Shown here: positions 28,246 to 39,249 of the stretch, one piece after another
How the letters are laid out: every line of letters begins with the position of its first letter
How positions within the stretch are numbered: the stretch's first letter is position 1
DNA from: an uncultured beta proteobacterium
Lineage (GTDB): Bacteria; Pseudomonadota; Gammaproteobacteria; Burkholderiales; JAEUMW01
DNA length: 64,000 bases
NCBI GenBank assembly: GCA_963719715.1
Contig: CAVRDD010000054.1
Coordinates: 7,383 to 71,382 of the forward strand
Direction of reading: 5' to 3'
Position numbers and translations under genes: made by a program
Notes under the pieces: generated by a model
What the model was told of the DNA's origin: nothing
Seen by the model: only the letters and a program-made list of their open reading frames with translations
Databases searched by the model: none

Positions 28246-29745
28246 CTAGCCCTGATTCGGCGCCACCGGGATGAAGATGGTGGCCTCACCGCGCTTGACG
28301 AGCAGCGCCAGCGGCGCGCCCTTGGGTGCCTGCTCCAGCGTCTTGCCGAGGTCGTCGGTGTCGCTGATGCGGGCGCCGTTGACGCCGACGATCACGTCAC
28401 CCTGCCGGATACCCGATTTCGCCGCCGGACCCTGCGCCCGCTCGACCTTCACGCCACCTTCCAGTCCGAGGGCCTTGCGCTCGCGTGCGTCGAGCTCCGA
28501 CACGGAAAGCCCCAGGCTCGACATCTTGCGCGCCTCGCCTGCGCCACCGCGGTTGGCTGCCTGCGCGAGCTTGTCCGAAGGCGCTTCGCCGACCGCGACA
28601 TTCGTCTTCTGCTCCTTGCCGTCGCGCAGGTAGACCACACTCGCCTTCGCGCCAGGCTTGGTTGCGGCCACCAGCGGCGGCAGCGTGGAGAATTCCTCCA
28701 CCTTCTTGCCGTCGTACTCGACGATCACGTCGCCCGCTTTGAGTCCGGCTTTCGCGGCCGCGCTGTCCGGGTCGACAGCGGCGACCAGCGCCCCTTTCGC
28801 GTCCTTGAGACCGAACGACTTGGCGAGATCGCCCGAGATCGCCTGAATGCGTACACCCAGCTGGCCGCGCGTCACCTTGCCGTTCGCCTTCAGCTGGTCG
28901 GCGACGTTCATGGCGATATCGATCGGAATCGCGAAGGACACGCCCATGTAACCGCCGGTGCGGCTGTAGATCTGCGAGTTGATGCCGATCACCTCGCCGG
29001 CCAGGTTGAAGAGCGGTCCGCCCGAGTTGCCTGGATTGACCGCCACGTCGGTCTGGATGAACGGCACGTAGCTGTCGTCCGGCAGCGAGCGGCCCTTCGC
29101 GCTGACGATGCCAGAGGTCACGCTGTTCTCGAAGCCGAACGGCGAGCCGATCGCGGCCACCCATTCGCCGACCTTCACCTTGCCCGGGTCGCCCATCCTG
29201 AGCGACGGCAGGTTCTTGGCGTCGATCTTGACCAGCGCAACGTCGGTCCGCTTGTCGACGCCGATCACCTTGGCCGCGAACTCGCGACGGTCGGTGAGCT
29301 TCACGGTCACATGGTCGGCGCCGTCCACCACGTGCGCATTGGTAAGCACGTAACCGTCGTCGCTCACGATGAAGCCGGAGCCCACACCGCGCTCGGGCGC
29401 TTCGCGACCCGGTTGGTCATCCGGACCGGGCGTCGGCATCGGCATGCCGAAGCGCTTGAAGAACTCGAACATGGGGCTGTCTTCGGGGATGCCTGGAAGA
29501 TCGGGCCCGTTCTGCGCGACGTTCTCACGCGTCACCGAGATGTTCACCACCGCGGCGCCCGTTGCGTCCACCAGGGCGCTGAAGTCGGGAAGTCCGCTGG
29601 GAGTCTGTTGCACCAGCGTGGGTAAAGGCGCGGCGTTGGCCTCGGCGAGCTTTGGCATGTGGTCATTGGAGCAGCCGGCTGCGAACGCGGCGATGACGGC
29701 TGCTGCGACAGCGCTGCGTACAACGCGCGTTTTGTTGCTGGTCAT
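28246..29745 (-). CDS. periplasmic serine endoprotease DegP/DegQ/MucD family (trypsin-like domain + 2 PDZ)
   Basis: Catalytic motifs TNAHVV and GNSGGPL, two PDZ-like segments, and a lipoprotein-like signal peptide. ATG 29745 was chosen within ORF 28246..29781. Confidence 0.9.
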   Translation of the reverse strand: MTSNKTRVVRSAVAAAVIAAFAAGCSNDHMPKLAEANAAPLPTLVQQTPSGLPDFSALVDATGAAVVNISVTRENVAQNGPDLPGIPEDSPMFEFFKRFGMPMPTPGPDDQPGREAPERGVGSGFIVSDDGYVLTNAHVVDGADHVTVKLTDRREFAAKVIGVDKRTDVALVKIDAKNLPSLRMGDPGKVKVGEWVAAIGSPFGFENSVTSGIVSAKGRSLPDDSYVPFIQTDVAVNPGNSGGPLFNLAGEVIGINSQIYSRTGGYMGVSFAIPIDIAMNVADQLKANGKVTRGQLGVRIQAISGDLAKSFGLKDAKGALVAAVDPDSAAAKAGLKAGDVIVEYDGKKVEEFSTLPPLVAATKPGAKASVVYLRDGKEQKTNVAVGEAPSDKLAQAANRGGAGEARKMSSLGLSVSELDARERKALGLEGGVKVERAQGPAAKSGIRQGDVIVGVNGARISDTDDLGKTLEQAPKGAPLALLVKRGEATIFIPVAPNQG

Positions 29746-29837
29746 GTAGCATCTCTCCTTGAGCGAGGCGACGAAGGCCAACGGCCTTCTACGCCACGCA
29801 TCCTAGGCGGCGATGCTTAAGCGAGACTTAACGGTTG

Positions 29838-31193
29838 CTAAGGAGCCACGGCGGGCTGCCGGGTGGTGGGGAAGCGAGTGCGAACCCGCAGCCCGCCGCC
29901 ACCCGCGCCGTCGGCGAGTTCGATGGTGGCGCCGTGACGCTCCGCAATGCGCTTCACGATTGCGAGCCCGAGCCCGCTGCCCGTGCCTTCCGTGCCGGCG
30001 CGGCGATAGAAGCGGTCGAACACGCGCTCGCGCTCGTCGGGCGGGATGCCGGGGCCGGTGTCGATGACGTCGAGCACGGCACCGCCGTCCTCGATCGCGA
30101 CTCCGATGTCGATCTGGCCGCCGGCTGGGGTGTAGCGGATTGCATTGTCCAGCAGATTGCCGAGCAGCACGCGCAGCCCGTCGGCATCGCCCGGCACGGC
30201 CACAGTCGCCGCCTCGCTTACGCCGAGGTCGATGCCTTTGGTATGGGCGAGGGCGGCGCGCTCACCGGCGACGCTGCGCGCGAGCTCATCGAGGCGCACG
30301 GCCGCGAACTTCCGTTCCGCTGCTTCCGGCTCGATCCGCGCCATGGTCAGAAGCTGCTCGGTGAGATGCGCAGAGCGCTCGACGCCGAGTTTGAGCTGCG
30401 CCACTGCCGTCTCCCGCTCCTCCTGCGTACGCGCCGACTCCAGCAACTGGATCTGCAGCTTGACCGCGGTGAGCGGTGTGCGCAGCTCGTGCGCGGCGTC
30501 CGCCGTGAACTCGCGTTGCGCCGCCAGCGCCTGCGACAGCCGCCCGAGAAGGTCGTTGAGTGCGCTCACCAGTGGCCGGATCTCGGCTGGCAGATCCGCC
30601 GCCGGGAGCGGCTCCAGCGAGGTCGGGCTGCGCCGCGCCACCGCGCTGGCGATGCGCCTGAGCGGCGCCAGGCCGCTGCCCACGCCGAACCAGACGATGA
30701 GACCGAAGGCCGGGATGAGCGCGAGCAAGGGCAGCAGCATGCGCTCCGTGATCGCGCCGACCATCTCGCGTCGCAGCGCCATCGGGTGCGCCACCTGGAT
30801 CACGCGGCGGTCTTCGAGCGTGGTGTAGACGCGCCAGTCTTCCCCTTTCCACCGCACGTGACTGAAGCCGGTGCGAACCGCACGCGGCAGATCGGTACCC
30901 GGCCGTGAGTAATAGAGGAGCGTGCCGCTGCGGTCCCACACCTGACTGATGAAGTCCGCGCTGTCATCGTTGTCGTGATCGCCGCCGTCATCGCGCGGGT
31001 CGAACGAACGCCCCGGTACACCGGTAATGAAGGGCTGCCTGCGCAGCGAAAACGCGAGCTGCTGCAACTGGTAGTCGAAAAGCTCGTTGACGTCCTCGCG
31101 CGCTTCGAGAAAGCTGGCACCCAGGGCTGTCACGGTCGCGAGGGTGAGCGCGGCGATCAGCCAGATGAGCAGCCGCTGGCGGATCGAGGTCAT
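29838..31193 (-). CDS. two-component sensor histidine kinase (QseC/PhoQ-like)
   Basis: Two TM segments, H-box AAHELRTPLTAV, N/G boxes NLLDNAIRY and GSGLGLAIV. Its start overlaps the response-regulator stop (ATGA). Confidence 0.9.
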   Translation of the reverse strand: MTSIRQRLLIWLIAALTLATVTALGASFLEAREDVNELFDYQLQQLAFSLRRQPFITGVPGRSFDPRDDGGDHDNDDSADFISQVWDRSGTLLYYSRPGTDLPRAVRTGFSHVRWKGEDWRVYTTLEDRRVIQVAHPMALRREMVGAITERMLLPLLALIPAFGLIVWFGVGSGLAPLRRIASAVARRSPTSLEPLPAADLPAEIRPLVSALNDLLGRLSQALAAQREFTADAAHELRTPLTAVKLQIQLLESARTQEERETAVAQLKLGVERSAHLTEQLLTMARIEPEAAERKFAAVRLDELARSVAGERAALAHTKGIDLGVSEAATVAVPGDADGLRVLLGNLLDNAIRYTPAGGQIDIGVAIEDGGAVLDVIDTGPGIPPDERERVFDRFYRRAGTEGTGSGLGLAIVKRIAERHGATIELADGAGGGGLRVRTRFPTTRQPAVAP

Positions 31194-31852
31194 GGCTTGT
31201 CGCCGATCATGTAGCCGACGCCACGGATGTTGCGGATCAGTTCGGCGCCGAGCTTGCGGCGCAGGTTGTGGATGTGGACCTCGACGGCGTTGCTTTCGAC
31301 TTCTTCGCCCCAGCCGTACAGCCGTTCTTCGAGTTGAGCACGCGACAGCACCGCGCCGGGGCGATCGAGCAGCGCTTCCAGCAGCGCGTATTCTCGCGCG
31401 GAGAGCGCGACCGGCTCGCCCTTGAGGCGCGCCTCGTGCCGTGCCGGATCCAGCGCAAGCGCGCCGTGCTCGATCAGACTCTCGGCGCGACCAGCCGCGC
31501 GCCGAGTGAGCGCCCGAATGCGCGCCGCCAGCTCGTCGAGATCGAACGGCTTGACCAGATAGTCATCCGCGCCGGTGTCGAGCCCCTTGACGCGGTCGGA
31601 CACCGCATCGCGCGCGGTGAGAAGGAGCACCGGAATCGAATCGCCCTTGCGGCGAATGTCGGCGAGCAGATCGAGGCCGGACTTTTTCGGCAGGCCGAGA
31701 TCGAGCAGCAGCAGGCCGTAGCGTTCGCCCGAAAGCGCCAGTTCCGCGGCACGACCATCGCATACCCAGTCGACGGTGAAGCCGATGCGCCGCAGGCCTT
31801 CCTGCACCGCCGCGCCGATCATGGCGTCGTCTTCGACGAGGAGGATCTTCAT
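31190..31852 (-). CDS. OmpR-family response regulator
   Basis: MKILLVEDD...LLLLDLGLP receiver domain plus a winged-helix C-terminus (VEVHIHNLRRKL..IRNIRGVGY). ATG 31852 was chosen within the longer ORF. Confidence 0.9.
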   Translation of the reverse strand: MKILLVEDDAMIGAAVQEGLRRIGFTVDWVCDGRAAELALSGERYGLLLLDLGLPKKSGLDLLADIRRKGDSIPVLLLTARDAVSDRVKGLDTGADDYLVKPFDLDELAARIRALTRRAAGRAESLIEHGALALDPARHEARLKGEPVALSAREYALLEALLDRPGAVLSRAQLEERLYGWGEEVESNAVEVHIHNLRRKLGAELIRNIRGVGYMIGDKP

Positions 31853-31954
31853 GCGAAAGGAAAGAAAAAAGCCCGGTGCGGACATTGTATCCGCGACCGG
31901 GTAAGACTGCCCCGAGGTGCTCACTCGGGGAAGGGGGAGACAAGTCAGGGCATT

Positions 31955-32287
31955 TCAGTCGTAGTGATCGTGGTCGTCATCCAGCCAGCTCGCAAGCTGG
32001 CTCTTCTGCTGGATGGCGAGCACTTTCCCATCGATTGCGTCGACGTGGATCTCGCGCATACCGTCGGCACCGACGACCTTCACCTCGTAATAGGTGCCGT
32101 GCGCGCTGCGCTCGATCTCGGCGTCGACCGCACGGCCGCTGGCCTCGCCTTCTGCTGTTGCGATGGCTTGGGCGATCGTGATGGCAGGCGCCGCCCTGGC
32201 GCTGATGTCGTTGTGCGCGGCATATGCGGTGCCTGCCGCGAGGGCGCTGGCGACAAGCGCAGCGGCAAAAGCTCGTCTCTTTCTCAT
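31955..32287 (-). CDS. PepSY domain periplasmic protein
   Basis: Signal peptide plus ITIAQAIATAEGEASGRAVDAEIE....YYEVKVV...REIHVDAIDGKVL, a PepSY-like pattern. Lies upstream of the two-component pair. Confidence 0.7.
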   Translation of the reverse strand: MRKRRAFAAALVASALAAGTAYAAHNDISARAAPAITIAQAIATAEGEASGRAVDAEIERSAHGTYYEVKVVGADGMREIHVDAIDGKVLAIQQKSQLASWLDDDHDHYD

Positions 32288-32449
32288 GGAACCTCGACTG
32301 ATCGCGATGGATCGGAGGACGATTGCCCCCGAACGCTTCGCATGCTGCGCGGCGTGACTTAAGGCAGCCTTAAGAGTGCGGGAGAGACGGAAGCGGGAAA
32401 TGCCGGCGGTGAGTGAGAAGGCCGGCTGCGCCGGCCTCCACGAATGCGA

Positions 32450-34750
32450 CTATCCCTCCTTCCCGGCTTCGCACACCGCGATCGCAGTCATGTTGACCAC
32501 GCGCCGGACGGTGGCTGACGAGGTGAGAATGTGCGCCGGCCGCGCGGTGCCAAGGAGGATTGGGCCTATGGTGACGCCGTTGCCGCCGGTGACCTTGAGC
32601 ACGCTGAAGAGGATGTTCGCAGCATCGAGATTCGGCATCACCAGGAGGTTGGCCGAGCCGGTGAGGGGAGTCTGCGGCAGGAAAGACTTGCGGATCTCCT
32701 CGGAGAGCGCGGTGTCACCGTGAAGCTCGCCGTCGCATTCGACATCCGGCATCTGCGCGGCGAAGAGCGCGTAGGCCGCGCGCATCTTCCGCGCCGAGGG
32801 TCGATCGCTGGAGCCGTATACCGAGTGCGAAACGAAGCCGACCTTGGGCGGCAGGCCAAAGCCGCGCACCGTCCGCGCCGCCATTGCGGCGATTTCGGCA
32901 AGTTGCTCCGGGGTCGGGTCGTCATTGACGAACGTGTCGCTTAGGAAAAGCGTTTGCCCCGGCAGCATCATGGCATTCAACGCTGCGAAGCACGTGGCAC
33001 CAGCCCGCAGACCGATGACGTCGTTGATCACTCCGAGGTGGCTGTCGAAGCGACCGACCGGACCGCAGATCAGCGCATCCGCTTCGCCGCGGCGCACGCT
33101 GAGCGCGCCGATGATGGCGTTGGAGCGACGCACGGCGGACTTCGCCATGTCGGGCGTGACGCCGTGGCGACCCATGATTTCCTGATACTCGGTCCAGTAC
33201 TCGCGAAAGCGCGGATCGTTTTCCGGATCCACCACGGACACCTGCACGCCCGGGGTGAAGCGCAGGCCGGCACGCGCCGCGCGCGCCGCGATCACGCTCG
33301 GCCGTCCGATCAGGATCGGGCTCGCCAGGCGTTCGTCCAGCACGATCTGCACCGCGCGCAGCACGCGCTCATCCTCGGCATCGGCATAGACGACGCGCTT
33401 CGGGCGCGCACGGGCGGCGTCGAAGACCGGTCGCATGAACATCGACGTGTGTGTGACGAAGCGCGCCAGTTCGCGGCTGTAACTCCCGAGGTCGGCGATC
33501 GGACGCGTGGCGACGCCGGACGCCTGCGCTGCCGCCGCCACCGCCGGCGCGATGCGCATGATGAGACGCCGGTCGAAGGGCTTGGGGATGATGTAGTCGG
33601 GGCCGAAGGCGAGCTCCTGCCCGGGATAGGCCGCCGCCACGTCATCGCCGATCTCGGCCTTGGCCAGCGCCGCGATCTCGCGCACGCATGCGAGTTTCAT
33701 TTCGTCTGTGATCGACGTTGCCCCCGCGTCGAGTGCGCCGCGGAAAATGTACGGAAAGCAGAGGACGTTGTTGACCTGGTTGGGATAGTCGGAGCGCCCG
33801 GTCGCGATGATGCAATCGGGGCGGGCCTGCCTGGCGAGTTCTGGCCGGATCTCGGGCTCCGGGTTCGCGAGCGCGAGAATGATTGGCTGCGGTGCCATCG
33901 TCGCCACCATCTCGGCTGTGAGGACGCCCGCGGTCGAGCAACCGAGGAAGACTTCTGCGCCCTTGATGATATCGGCGAGGGTGCGTGCGTCGGTCTCGCG
34001 CGCGTAGCGCTGCTTGGAAGCGTCGAGGCCGGTGCGCCCCGTGTGCAGCACGCCCTTCGAGTCAACGACCAAGATGTTCTCCATTCGCACGCCAAGCTCC
34101 ACCATGAGATCGAGGCAGGCGAGCGCCGCGGCGCCGGCACCGGAGCAGACCAGCTTCGTCTCTTCGATGCGACGGCCCGTGAGTTCGAGACTGTTCAGCA
34201 GCGCGGCGCACGAGATGATCGCAGTGCCGTGCTGATCGTCGTGGAAGACGGGAATGGACAGGCGCTCGCGCAGTTTGCGCTCGACATAGAAGCACTCGGG
34301 CGCCTTGATGTCTTCGAGGTTGACGCCGCCGAGGGTGGGTTCGAGTGCGGCGATGATGTCGACGAGCTTGTCCGGATCGCGCTCGGCAAGTTCAATATCG
34401 AATACGTCGATGCCGGCGAATTTCTTGAAGAGGCAGGCCTTGCCCTCCATCACCGGCTTGCCGGCAAGGGGACCGATGTTGCCCAGACCCAGCACTGCGG
34501 TGCCGTTGGTGATCACGCCGACCAGATTGGCGCGCGAGGTGTACTCGGCGGCGAGCCCCGGCTCGCGTTGGATGGCGAGGCAGGCATAGGCGACACCGGG
34601 GGAGTAGGCGAGCGACAGATCGTGCTGGTTCGCCAGCGGTTTCGTCGGCGTGACGCTGATCTTGCCGCGCTGGGGCAGACGGTGATAATCGAATGCGGCC
34701 TGACGCAAGGCTTCTTCAGCGGGCGTGAGGCTGTCTGAGTCTTCTTCCAT
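32450..34750 (-). CDS. maeB: NADP-dependent malic enzyme (malic enzyme + phosphotransacetylase-like domain)
   Basis: [38 protein letters not shown], and a PTA-like C-terminal half. 766 aa from ATG 34750. Confidence 0.93.
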   Translation of the reverse strand: MEEDSDSLTPAEEALRQAAFDYHRLPQRGKISVTPTKPLANQHDLSLAYSPGVAYACLAIQREPGLAAEYTSRANLVGVITNGTAVLGLGNIGPLAGKPVMEGKACLFKKFAGIDVFDIELAERDPDKLVDIIAALEPTLGGVNLEDIKAPECFYVERKLRERLSIPVFHDDQHGTAIISCAALLNSLELTGRRIEETKLVCSGAGAAALACLDLMVELGVRMENILVVDSKGVLHTGRTGLDASKQRYARETDARTLADIIKGAEVFLGCSTAGVLTAEMVATMAPQPIILALANPEPEIRPELARQARPDCIIATGRSDYPNQVNNVLCFPYIFRGALDAGATSITDEMKLACVREIAALAKAEIGDDVAAAYPGQELAFGPDYIIPKPFDRRLIMRIAPAVAAAAQASGVATRPIADLGSYSRELARFVTHTSMFMRPVFDAARARPKRVVYADAEDERVLRAVQIVLDERLASPILIGRPSVIAARAARAGLRFTPGVQVSVVDPENDPRFREYWTEYQEIMGRHGVTPDMAKSAVRRSNAIIGALSVRRGEADALICGPVGRFDSHLGVINDVIGLRAGATCFAALNAMMLPGQTLFLSDTFVNDDPTPEQLAEIAAMAARTVRGFGLPPKVGFVSHSVYGSSDRPSARKMRAAYALFAAQMPDVECDGELHGDTALSEEIRKSFLPQTPLTGSANLLVMPNLDAANILFSVLKVTGGNGVTIGPILLGTARPAHILTSSATVRRVVNMTAIAVCEAGKEG

Positions 34751-34782
34751 GGGATTCTCCGCTGCGCGCCGATCGCGCACAC

Positions 34783-37700
34783 ATGACCCGATTTTACTCG
34801 ATGGCGGCGGAGAAGGATGGAACCCGTCGCGCATCGACGGTGCGGGTGCGCGAAGTGGGCGGGCAGCGCGGGGTCTCGCATACACTATCGCTCCCCTCTC
34901 ACTATCAGACCGCTCTTGTGCAGCCGCGCGACCGAACAGCAATCGAGGCTCTGCGCGCCGCCCTCGACGGCGTGATCACGCGCGAGCGCGGAAAATTCCT
35001 GCGCCGGCTGCGCGAGATCGATCAGGGTGCATCGGCCGAGCAGGTCGATGCGCTGGCAGGGGAGATCGAGGCGTCGCGGGCAAGGTGCCAGGCGCGGATT
35101 GCGGCGCTGCCGAGGCCGACGTTTCCGGAAGCGCTGCCCGTGTCCGCCAGGCGTGACGAGATTGCAGCGGCGATCTCGTCGCACCAGGTCGTCATCGTCT
35201 GCGGCGAGACCGGCTCCGGCAAGACCACGCAGTTGCCGAAGATCTGTCTCGCCCTCGGTCGCGGTGCCGCCGGCCTCATCGGACACACCCAGCCGCGACG
35301 CATCGCGGCGCGCACGGTGGCCAACCGCATCGCCAGCGAGCTTGCGACGCCGCTCGGCCGCGTCGTCGGCTACAAGATCCGTTTTCAGGACCGTGTGGAC
35401 GACGAAGCCTACGTCAAGGTGATGACCGACGGCATCCTGCTCGCCGAGACGCAGACCGACCGCATGCTTGCGGCCTACGACACGCTGGTCATCGACGAAG
35501 CCCACGAGCGCAGTCTCAACATTGACTTCCTGCTTGGCTACGTCCGCCAGCTTCTGCCGCGGCGGCCGGATCTCAAGCTCATCGTCACCTCCGCTACCAT
35601 CGACGCCGAGCGTTTCTCGAAGCACTTCGGCGGCGCGCCCGTGGTCGAGGTCTCGGGCCGCCTCTACCCGGTCGAGGTGCGCTACCGGCCGCTTGCCACG
35701 GACGCGGAGAAGGGCGACGAGCAGGATCTCACCGACGCCATCCTCGACGCCGTCGATGCCGTGAGCCGGCCGGGCGAGCAGGGCGACATCCTTGTTTTCC
35801 TGCCAGGCGAGCGCGAGATCCGCGATGTGGCCGAGGCGCTGCGCAAGCACCATCCGCCCGGCGCGGAGATCCTGCCGCTCTATTCACGGCTATCGGCGCA
35901 GGAGCAGGACCGCGTGTTCGATGCGGGAGGCGCGCGGCGCATCGTGCTAGCCACCAACGTTGCCGAGACCTCGCTCACGGTGCCGCGCATCCGCTACGTG
36001 ATCGATCCCGGCTATGCGCGCGTCAACCGCTATTCGTACCGCAACAAGGTCGAGCAACTGCTCACGGAGAAGATCTCGCGCGCTTCCGCGAATCAGCGGG
36101 CCGGTCGCTGCGGCCGCGTGATGAGCGGCGTGTGCGTGCGCCTCTACGACGAGGAGGATTTCGCAAAGCGCCCCGAGTTCACGGATCCCGAAATCCTGCG
36201 CTCGTCGCTCGCGTCGGTGATCCTGCGCATGGCCGCGCTCAACCTCGGTCACGTCGAGCAGTTTCCCTTCCTCGACCTGCCGCAGCCGCGCATGATCGCC
36301 GACGGCTATCAGCTCCTGAACGAACTCGGGGCGATCGACGCGCAGCACCGGCTGACGGCGGTCGGCACGCGGCTGGCGAAGCTGCCGATCGATCCGCGCA
36401 TCGGGCGCATGGTGCTGGCGGCGAAGCAGGAGAACTGCCTTGCCGAGGTCCTAGTCATCGCCGCCGCCCTGTCGGTGCAGGACCCGCGCGAGCGGCCGCT
36501 GGACAAACAGGGTTCGGCCGATCTCGCTCACGCGCAGTTCATGGACGAGCGCTCGGATTTCCTCTCGTTTCTCCGGATGTGGACGTTCTTCGAGGAGGCG
36601 GTGAAGCACAAGAAGTCCGGCCGCAAGCTGGCGGAGACTTGCCGTGAGCATTTCCTCTCCTACCTGCGGCTGCGCGAATGGCGCGACATCCACGGTCAGC
36701 TCCACGCACTGGTGACCGAGATGGGATTGCGGCCGAACGAGCAGCCGGCGGCCTACGAGCAGATTCACCGTGCGCTGCTCACGGGATTGCTCGGGAACAT
36801 CGGCACCAAGGGCGAGGAGCCGGGCGAGTACGTTGGCGCACGCGGCATCAAGTTCCGCGTGCATCCCGGCTCCGGCATCAAGAAGCAGCAGCCGAAGTGG
36901 CTGGTCGCGGCGGAACTCGTCGAGACCACGCGCCTGTACGCACGGCATGTCGCGCGCATCGAGCCCGAGTGGATCGAGCAGATCGGCGCGCATCTCGTGC
37001 AGCGCGAGTATTTCGATCCGCACTGGGAACGCAAGCCGGCGCAGGTCGTCGCGTTCGAGCGCGTGTCGCTGTACGGACTGGTGGTGAGCCCGAGGCGTCG
37101 TGCGCACTACGGTCCCATCAATGCGCAGGCGGCGCGGGAGATCTTCATCCGCGGTGCGCTGGTGGCGGGCGAGTTCGACACGCACGCGGTCTTCTTCGCG
37201 CACAACCGCAAGCTGCGCGAGGAGGTCGAGGCGCTCGAGCACAAGTCGCGACGGCTCGACGTGCTGGTCGACGAGGAACGGGTTTTCGCGTTCTACGATG
37301 CGCGCGTGCCGGAGGGCATCGTGAACGGCGCCGGCTTCGAGAAGTGGCGGCGCGAGGCGGAAGGGAAGAACCCGCGGTTGCTCTTCATGGCGCGCGAGGA
37401 CCTCATGCGCCACGGCGCTGAAGGCATCACCTCCGTGCTCTATCCCGAGGACTTCAAGCTGGGCGAGGTGACGCTCCCGCTCACCTACCGCTTCGAGCCG
37501 GGCCATGCGCTCGACGGCGTCACCCTCACGGTCCCGCTGCATCTTCTGAATCAGCTCGACCCGCGCCGTCTCGACTGGCTGGTGCCGGGGTTGCTGCGCG
37601 AGAAGGTCAACGCACTGCTGCGCGCCCTGCCGAAGCAAACGCGCAAGCTACTCGTACCCGTACCGGAAACGGTCACCGCGTGCCTCGTGGAGTTCGACCG

Positions 37701-38814
37701 CGCGCCGGCGGATGCTGGCGGTGTGCAACTGCTGACCGATGCACTAGCCTCGGCGCTCAAACGCGTGAAGGCGATCGACGTGCAGCCCGAGGCGTGGGAT
37801 CGCAGCGATCTTCCGGCACATCTGTCGATGAACATCTCGGTCGCGGGCGACGATGACATGGAGATCGCCTCGGGTCGCGACCTGCAGGCACTGCGCGACG
37901 ATCTCGGCGTGCAGGCGCAGCAGCGCTTCGCACCGGAGAACGCGTGGGAACGCACGGGGCTCGTCGCCTGGGAAGGCTTCGATCTGCCGGCGGCCGTGAC
38001 CTTCGATCGCGAGGGACAGACGCTCACGGGGTTCCCGGCGCTGGTCGATGCCGGGGATTCGGTGACGCTGACAATGATCGATACGCCCGAGCAGGCGCGG
38101 GACGAAACACGCTTCGGTATCAACAGGCTCGTGCAACTCGCGCTCAAGGAGCAGATGAAGTTCCTAGGGGGCAGCCTGCCGGGTTTCTCGCAGCTGGCGC
38201 TCCTCTATGCGAACCTGGGCAATGCGGAGCAATTGCGCAACGACCTCGTCGCCGCCATCGTCGACCGCGCGGTGTGGGCGGAGGAGACGCCAGTGCGCGA
38301 TCACCATGCCTTCGAGGCACGGGTGAAGCAGGTGAAAAGTCGCATCCTCGTCGTCGCGCAGGAGTACGTGAGACTCGCGACGGAGGTGCTGACCGAAGCG
38401 CAGCCGGTGCGCAAGACCCTCGATGGTGCGCTCGCGGCAAAATGGCGCGAGGCCTGCGCGGACATGCGCCGCCAGCTGCAGAACCTGATCTTCGCGGGAT
38501 TCGTCATCGAGGTGCCGTACACGCGGCTGCAGCAGTATCCACGCTACCTCAAGGCGATGGCGCGGCGGCTGGAGAAGATCCCCAACTGGCCGGAGCGCGA
38601 TGCGAAATGGACTGCAGACATCGCGAGGCTGTGGAGGCAGTACGAGGAACGCCTGGCAAGGCATCGCAAGGCCGGCGTCCATGATGTGCACCTGAACGAA
38701 TTCCGCTGGCAACTGGAAGAGCTCCGCGTGTCGCTCTTCGCGCAGGAACTGAGAACGCCCGCACCCGTTTCAGCGAAGCGTCTGGAGAAGCTGTGGGGGA
38801 TGGTGACGGCATGA
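34783..38814 (+). CDS. hrpA: ATP-dependent RNA helicase HrpA (DEAH-box)
   Basis: GETGSGKTTQLPK, DEAHERS, TSATID, TNVAETSLT, QRAGRCGR, plus HA2/OB and a long C-terminal region. The first ATG (34783) is only 32 nt from the divergent maeB start. The GTG at 34918 may be the true start. Confidence 0.93.
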   Translation: MTRFYSMAAEKDGTRRASTVRVREVGGQRGVSHTLSLPSHYQTALVQPRDRTAIEALRAALDGVITRERGKFLRRLREIDQGASAEQVDALAGEIEASRARCQARIAALPRPTFPEALPVSARRDEIAAAISSHQVVIVCGETGSGKTTQLPKICLALGRGAAGLIGHTQPRRIAARTVANRIASELATPLGRVVGYKIRFQDRVDDEAYVKVMTDGILLAETQTDRMLAAYDTLVIDEAHERSLNIDFLLGYVRQLLPRRPDLKLIVTSATIDAERFSKHFGGAPVVEVSGRLYPVEVRYRPLATDAEKGDEQDLTDAILDAVDAVSRPGEQGDILVFLPGEREIRDVAEALRKHHPPGAEILPLYSRLSAQEQDRVFDAGGARRIVLATNVAETSLTVPRIRYVIDPGYARVNRYSYRNKVEQLLTEKISRASANQRAGRCGRVMSGVCVRLYDEEDFAKRPEFTDPEILRSSLASVILRMAALNLGHVEQFPFLDLPQPRMIADGYQLLNELGAIDAQHRLTAVGTRLAKLPIDPRIGRMVLAAKQENCLAEVLVIAAALSVQDPRERPLDKQGSADLAHAQFMDERSDFLSFLRMWTFFEEAVKHKKSGRKLAETCREHFLSYLRLREWRDIHGQLHALVTEMGLRPNEQPAAYEQIHRALLTGLLGNIGTKGEEPGEYVGARGIKFRVHPGSGIKKQQPKWLVAAELVETTRLYARHVARIEPEWIEQIGAHLVQREYFDPHWERKPAQVVAFERVSLYGLVVSPRRRAHYGPINAQAAREIFIRGALVAGEFDTHAVFFAHNRKLREEVEALEHKSRRLDVLVDEERVFAFYDARVPEGIVNGAGFEKWRREAEGKNPRLLFMAREDLMRHGAEGITSVLYPEDFKLGEVTLPLTYRFEPGHALDGVTLTVPLHLLNQLDPRRLDWLVPGLLREKVNALLRALPKQTRKLLVPVPETVTACLVEFDRAPADAGGVQLLTDALASALKRVKAIDVQPEAWDRSDLPAHLSMNISVAGDDDMEIASGRDLQALRDDLGVQAQQRFAPENAWERTGLVAWEGFDLPAAVTFDREGQTLTGFPALVDAGDSVTLTMIDTPEQARDETRFGINRLVQLALKEQMKFLGGSLPGFSQLALLYANLGNAEQLRNDLVAAIVDRAVWAEETPVRDHHAFEARVKQVKSRILVVAQEYVRLATEVLTEAQPVRKTLDGALAAKWREACADMRRQLQNLIFAGFVIEVPYTRLQQYPRYLKAMARRLEKIPNWPERDAKWTADIARLWRQYEERLARHRKAGVHDVHLNEFRWQLEELRVSLFAQELRTPAPVSAKRLEKLWGMVTA

Positions 38815-39249
38815 CCCGTCTAACGTGCTCCGCTGCCCATGTGGCAGACGGAGCTTTCGCCTCAAGGCGGAGTTCTTCAAGAAGTTAGCTGCCGCGGACT
38901 CCTGGTCCTTCTTGGCTGCGCCTGTCTCTCGGGTGGCATCCCAATGCCACATCGAGCCCGACTACCCGCCGGCGTACCGCACCGGGCCACTGCGATCAGC
39001 CATGCCATCGCCCGCCATCATCTTCTTCAACTCGTTGCGCGTTTTCCCACTCGCCAGTACTCTCCGCCACGGAAGCGGGGTGTTATAGTCCCTCGCGATG
39101 CTCGAACGGGCGGTACTGCGGCGCTCCGCCTGACCGAGGCTTCACTCGTTTCGTGCGACACTTTGGAGTTCACATCCGTGGGATCACCGCCGCAGTTGGG
39201 CAGCGCTGTCTGTCTCTCTACCTCACGCAACATCGCATGTCGCTTACTT

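Noticed and set aside
38839-39249. N-terminal 137-codon extension of the hppA ORF
   Set aside because: The extension has no membrane-protein character and atypical composition. ATG 39250 immediately precedes the first hydrophobic helix.
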